DNA of 15,851 nucleotides from a virus (Duplodnaviria; Heunggongvirae; Uroviricota; Caudoviricetes): IMG/VR virus record IMGVR_UViG_2684622669_000012, positions 1 to 15,851 of that record; one strand, 5' to 3'. Shown piece by piece: positions 14,814 to 15,851 of this stretch (position 1 is its first letter; each line of letters starts with the position of its first letter). The notes under the pieces were generated by a model. It saw only the letters and a program-made list of their open reading frames with translations, ran no database searches and was not told where the DNA came from. The position numbers and the translations under genes were made by a program.

Positions 14814-15092
14814 GTGGTGCATTATACCAAACGTCATAATCCCAATAATTCAGTCGACCCTGCCAGCAGGCACGGACGGCGATTTTCCGTATCTGAAAAA
14901 CACCCTTTCTACTATCCGGACTGTACGACGCATGAACTCGGGGAACTTGAAGAGTTATACGGACGTCGCGGATACACAATAATAAAGCAACTCAACCCTG
15001 ACGGCAGGACGTGGTTTGTTTCGGTGACATTACCTGTATCAAATCATCAGCCACGTACACCAGTCAGTTATTTCCAGCGCATCTGGAGGTAA
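14814..15092 (+). CDS. Hypothetical phage protein (92 aa)
   Basis: GTG start with GAGG 7 nt upstream; stop lies 1 nt before the start of the next ORF. Confidence 0.55.
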   Translation: MVHYTKRHNPNNSVDPASRHGRRFSVSEKHPFYYPDCTTHELGELEELYGRRGYTIIKQLNPDGRTWFVSVTLPVSNHQPRTPVSYFQRIWR

Positions 15093-15093
15093 C

Positions 15094-15851
15094 GTGCGGG
15101 TATTACTTCGACCTGTTCTGGTACCGGAACTCGGGGTGGTTATCGTTAAGCCAGGCCGTGAATCCATGCGGGTATTTCATGGCGGCAGGGTGCTGGTGGA
15201 GCCTGCACCGAAAAGCATGCGTAATCTGCCGTCAGGAGTCGTTCCTGCCGTTCGCCAGCCGCTGGCGGAGGATAAATCATTACTGCCATTTTTCAGCGAT
15301 GAGCGGGTGATTCGTGCTTCTGGTGGTGCTGGTGCATTGTCTGACTGGCTGTCACGCCATATTAAATCCTGCCAGTGGCCTCATGGTGACTATCATCACA
15401 GTGAAACCGTCATTCACCGTTATGGCGCTGGCGCAATGGTGTTGTGCTGGCACTGCGACAACCAGCTGCGTGACCAGACATCCGAATCACTCGAGCAACT
15501 TGCTCATCAAAACCTGTCAGCATGGATGATTGACGTCATACGCCATGCAATGAATGGCACGCAAGAGCGGGAATTATCGCTGGCTGAATTATCCTGGTGG
15601 GCGCTCTGCAATCAGGTGGCGGACGCGCTACCGGAGGCAGTATTACGTCGTTCTCTGGGGTTACGTGCGGAAAAAATCCGCTCGGTGTACCGCGAAAGCG
15701 ACATCGTACCGGGAGAGCAGACCGCCACCAGCATACTGAAACAGCGCACAAAAAATCTTGCGCCGCTGCCTCACGCCCACCAGCAAAACCCACCAGAGGA
15801 AAAGGCGGTGGTCAGCATTGCCGTTGATCCGGAGTCACCGGCTCAGTATCT
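15094..15851 (+). CDS. Hypothetical phage protein with Cys/His cluster; 3' end beyond window
   Basis: Open frame with no stop from 15094 to the window end (252 codons); GTG at 15094 preceded by GGAGG (first in-frame ATG at 15166); Cys/His cluster CQWPHGDYHHSETVIHRYGAGAMVLCWHCDNQ. Absent from the ORF track, presumably because it has no stop in the window. Confidence 0.6.
   Translation, partial: MRVLLRPVLVPELGVVIVKPGRESMRVFHGGRVLVEPAPKSMRNLPSGVVPAVRQPLAEDKSLLPFFSDERVIRASGGAGALSDWLSRHIKSCQWPHGDYHHSETVIHRYGAGAMVLCWHCDNQLRDQTSESLEQLAHQNLSAWMIDVIRHAMNGTQERELSLAELSWWALCNQVADALPEAVLRRSLGLRAEKIRSVYRESDIVPGEQTATSILKQRTKNLAPLPHAHQQNPPEEKAVVSIAVDPESPAQY

Larger units (their letters stand above)
3056..15851. 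mobile_element. Lambdoid (Rac-like) prophage, left arm from attL at serU; continues beyond window end
   Basis: Integrase immediately downstream of the tRNA-Ser 3' end, followed by canonical lambdoid order: xis, exonuclease, accessory genes, repressor/cro-like switch, replication gene with iterons, early-right genes. Confidence 0.85.

Noticed and set aside
1-15851. CRISPR arrays, IS elements or transposase genes
   Set aside because: No regularly spaced identical repeats with unique spacers, and no transposase-like ORF or terminal inverted repeats; the only tandem repeats are the ori iterons and short coding repeats.

Overview
Chromosomal backbone of Escherichia/Shigella type (partial tRNA-Asn, decayed nac, intact cbl, tRNA-Asn, mtfA, tRNA-Ser serU) followed from about 3.06 kb to the window end by the left ~12.8 kb of a lambdoid, Rac-like prophage integrated next to serU. 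All calls are by eye and from memory of protein families; no searches or folding were run. Prophage order: int, xis, a large RecE-like exonuclease with a DnaQ-like (DEDDh) C-terminus, small ORF, Rha-family regulator, an accessory slot, a short HTH repressor divergent from YdaS/YdaT-like genes, a replisome-organizer gene containing iterons, then early-right genes including a Hok/Gef type I toxin and several tiny membrane peptides. The best candidate for an undescribed system is the accessory slot between rha and the repressor (about 7.8-9.8 kb): a YdaF-like 50-aa gene translationally coupled to an unassignable 216-aa protein, a tail-to-tail 69-aa ORF, a ~560 bp ORF-free hairpin-rich segment and a candidate promoter-plus-terminator sRNA. 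Also notable: the cbl-proximal tRNA-Asn abuts mtfA directly, implying loss of the segment that separates them in K-12.
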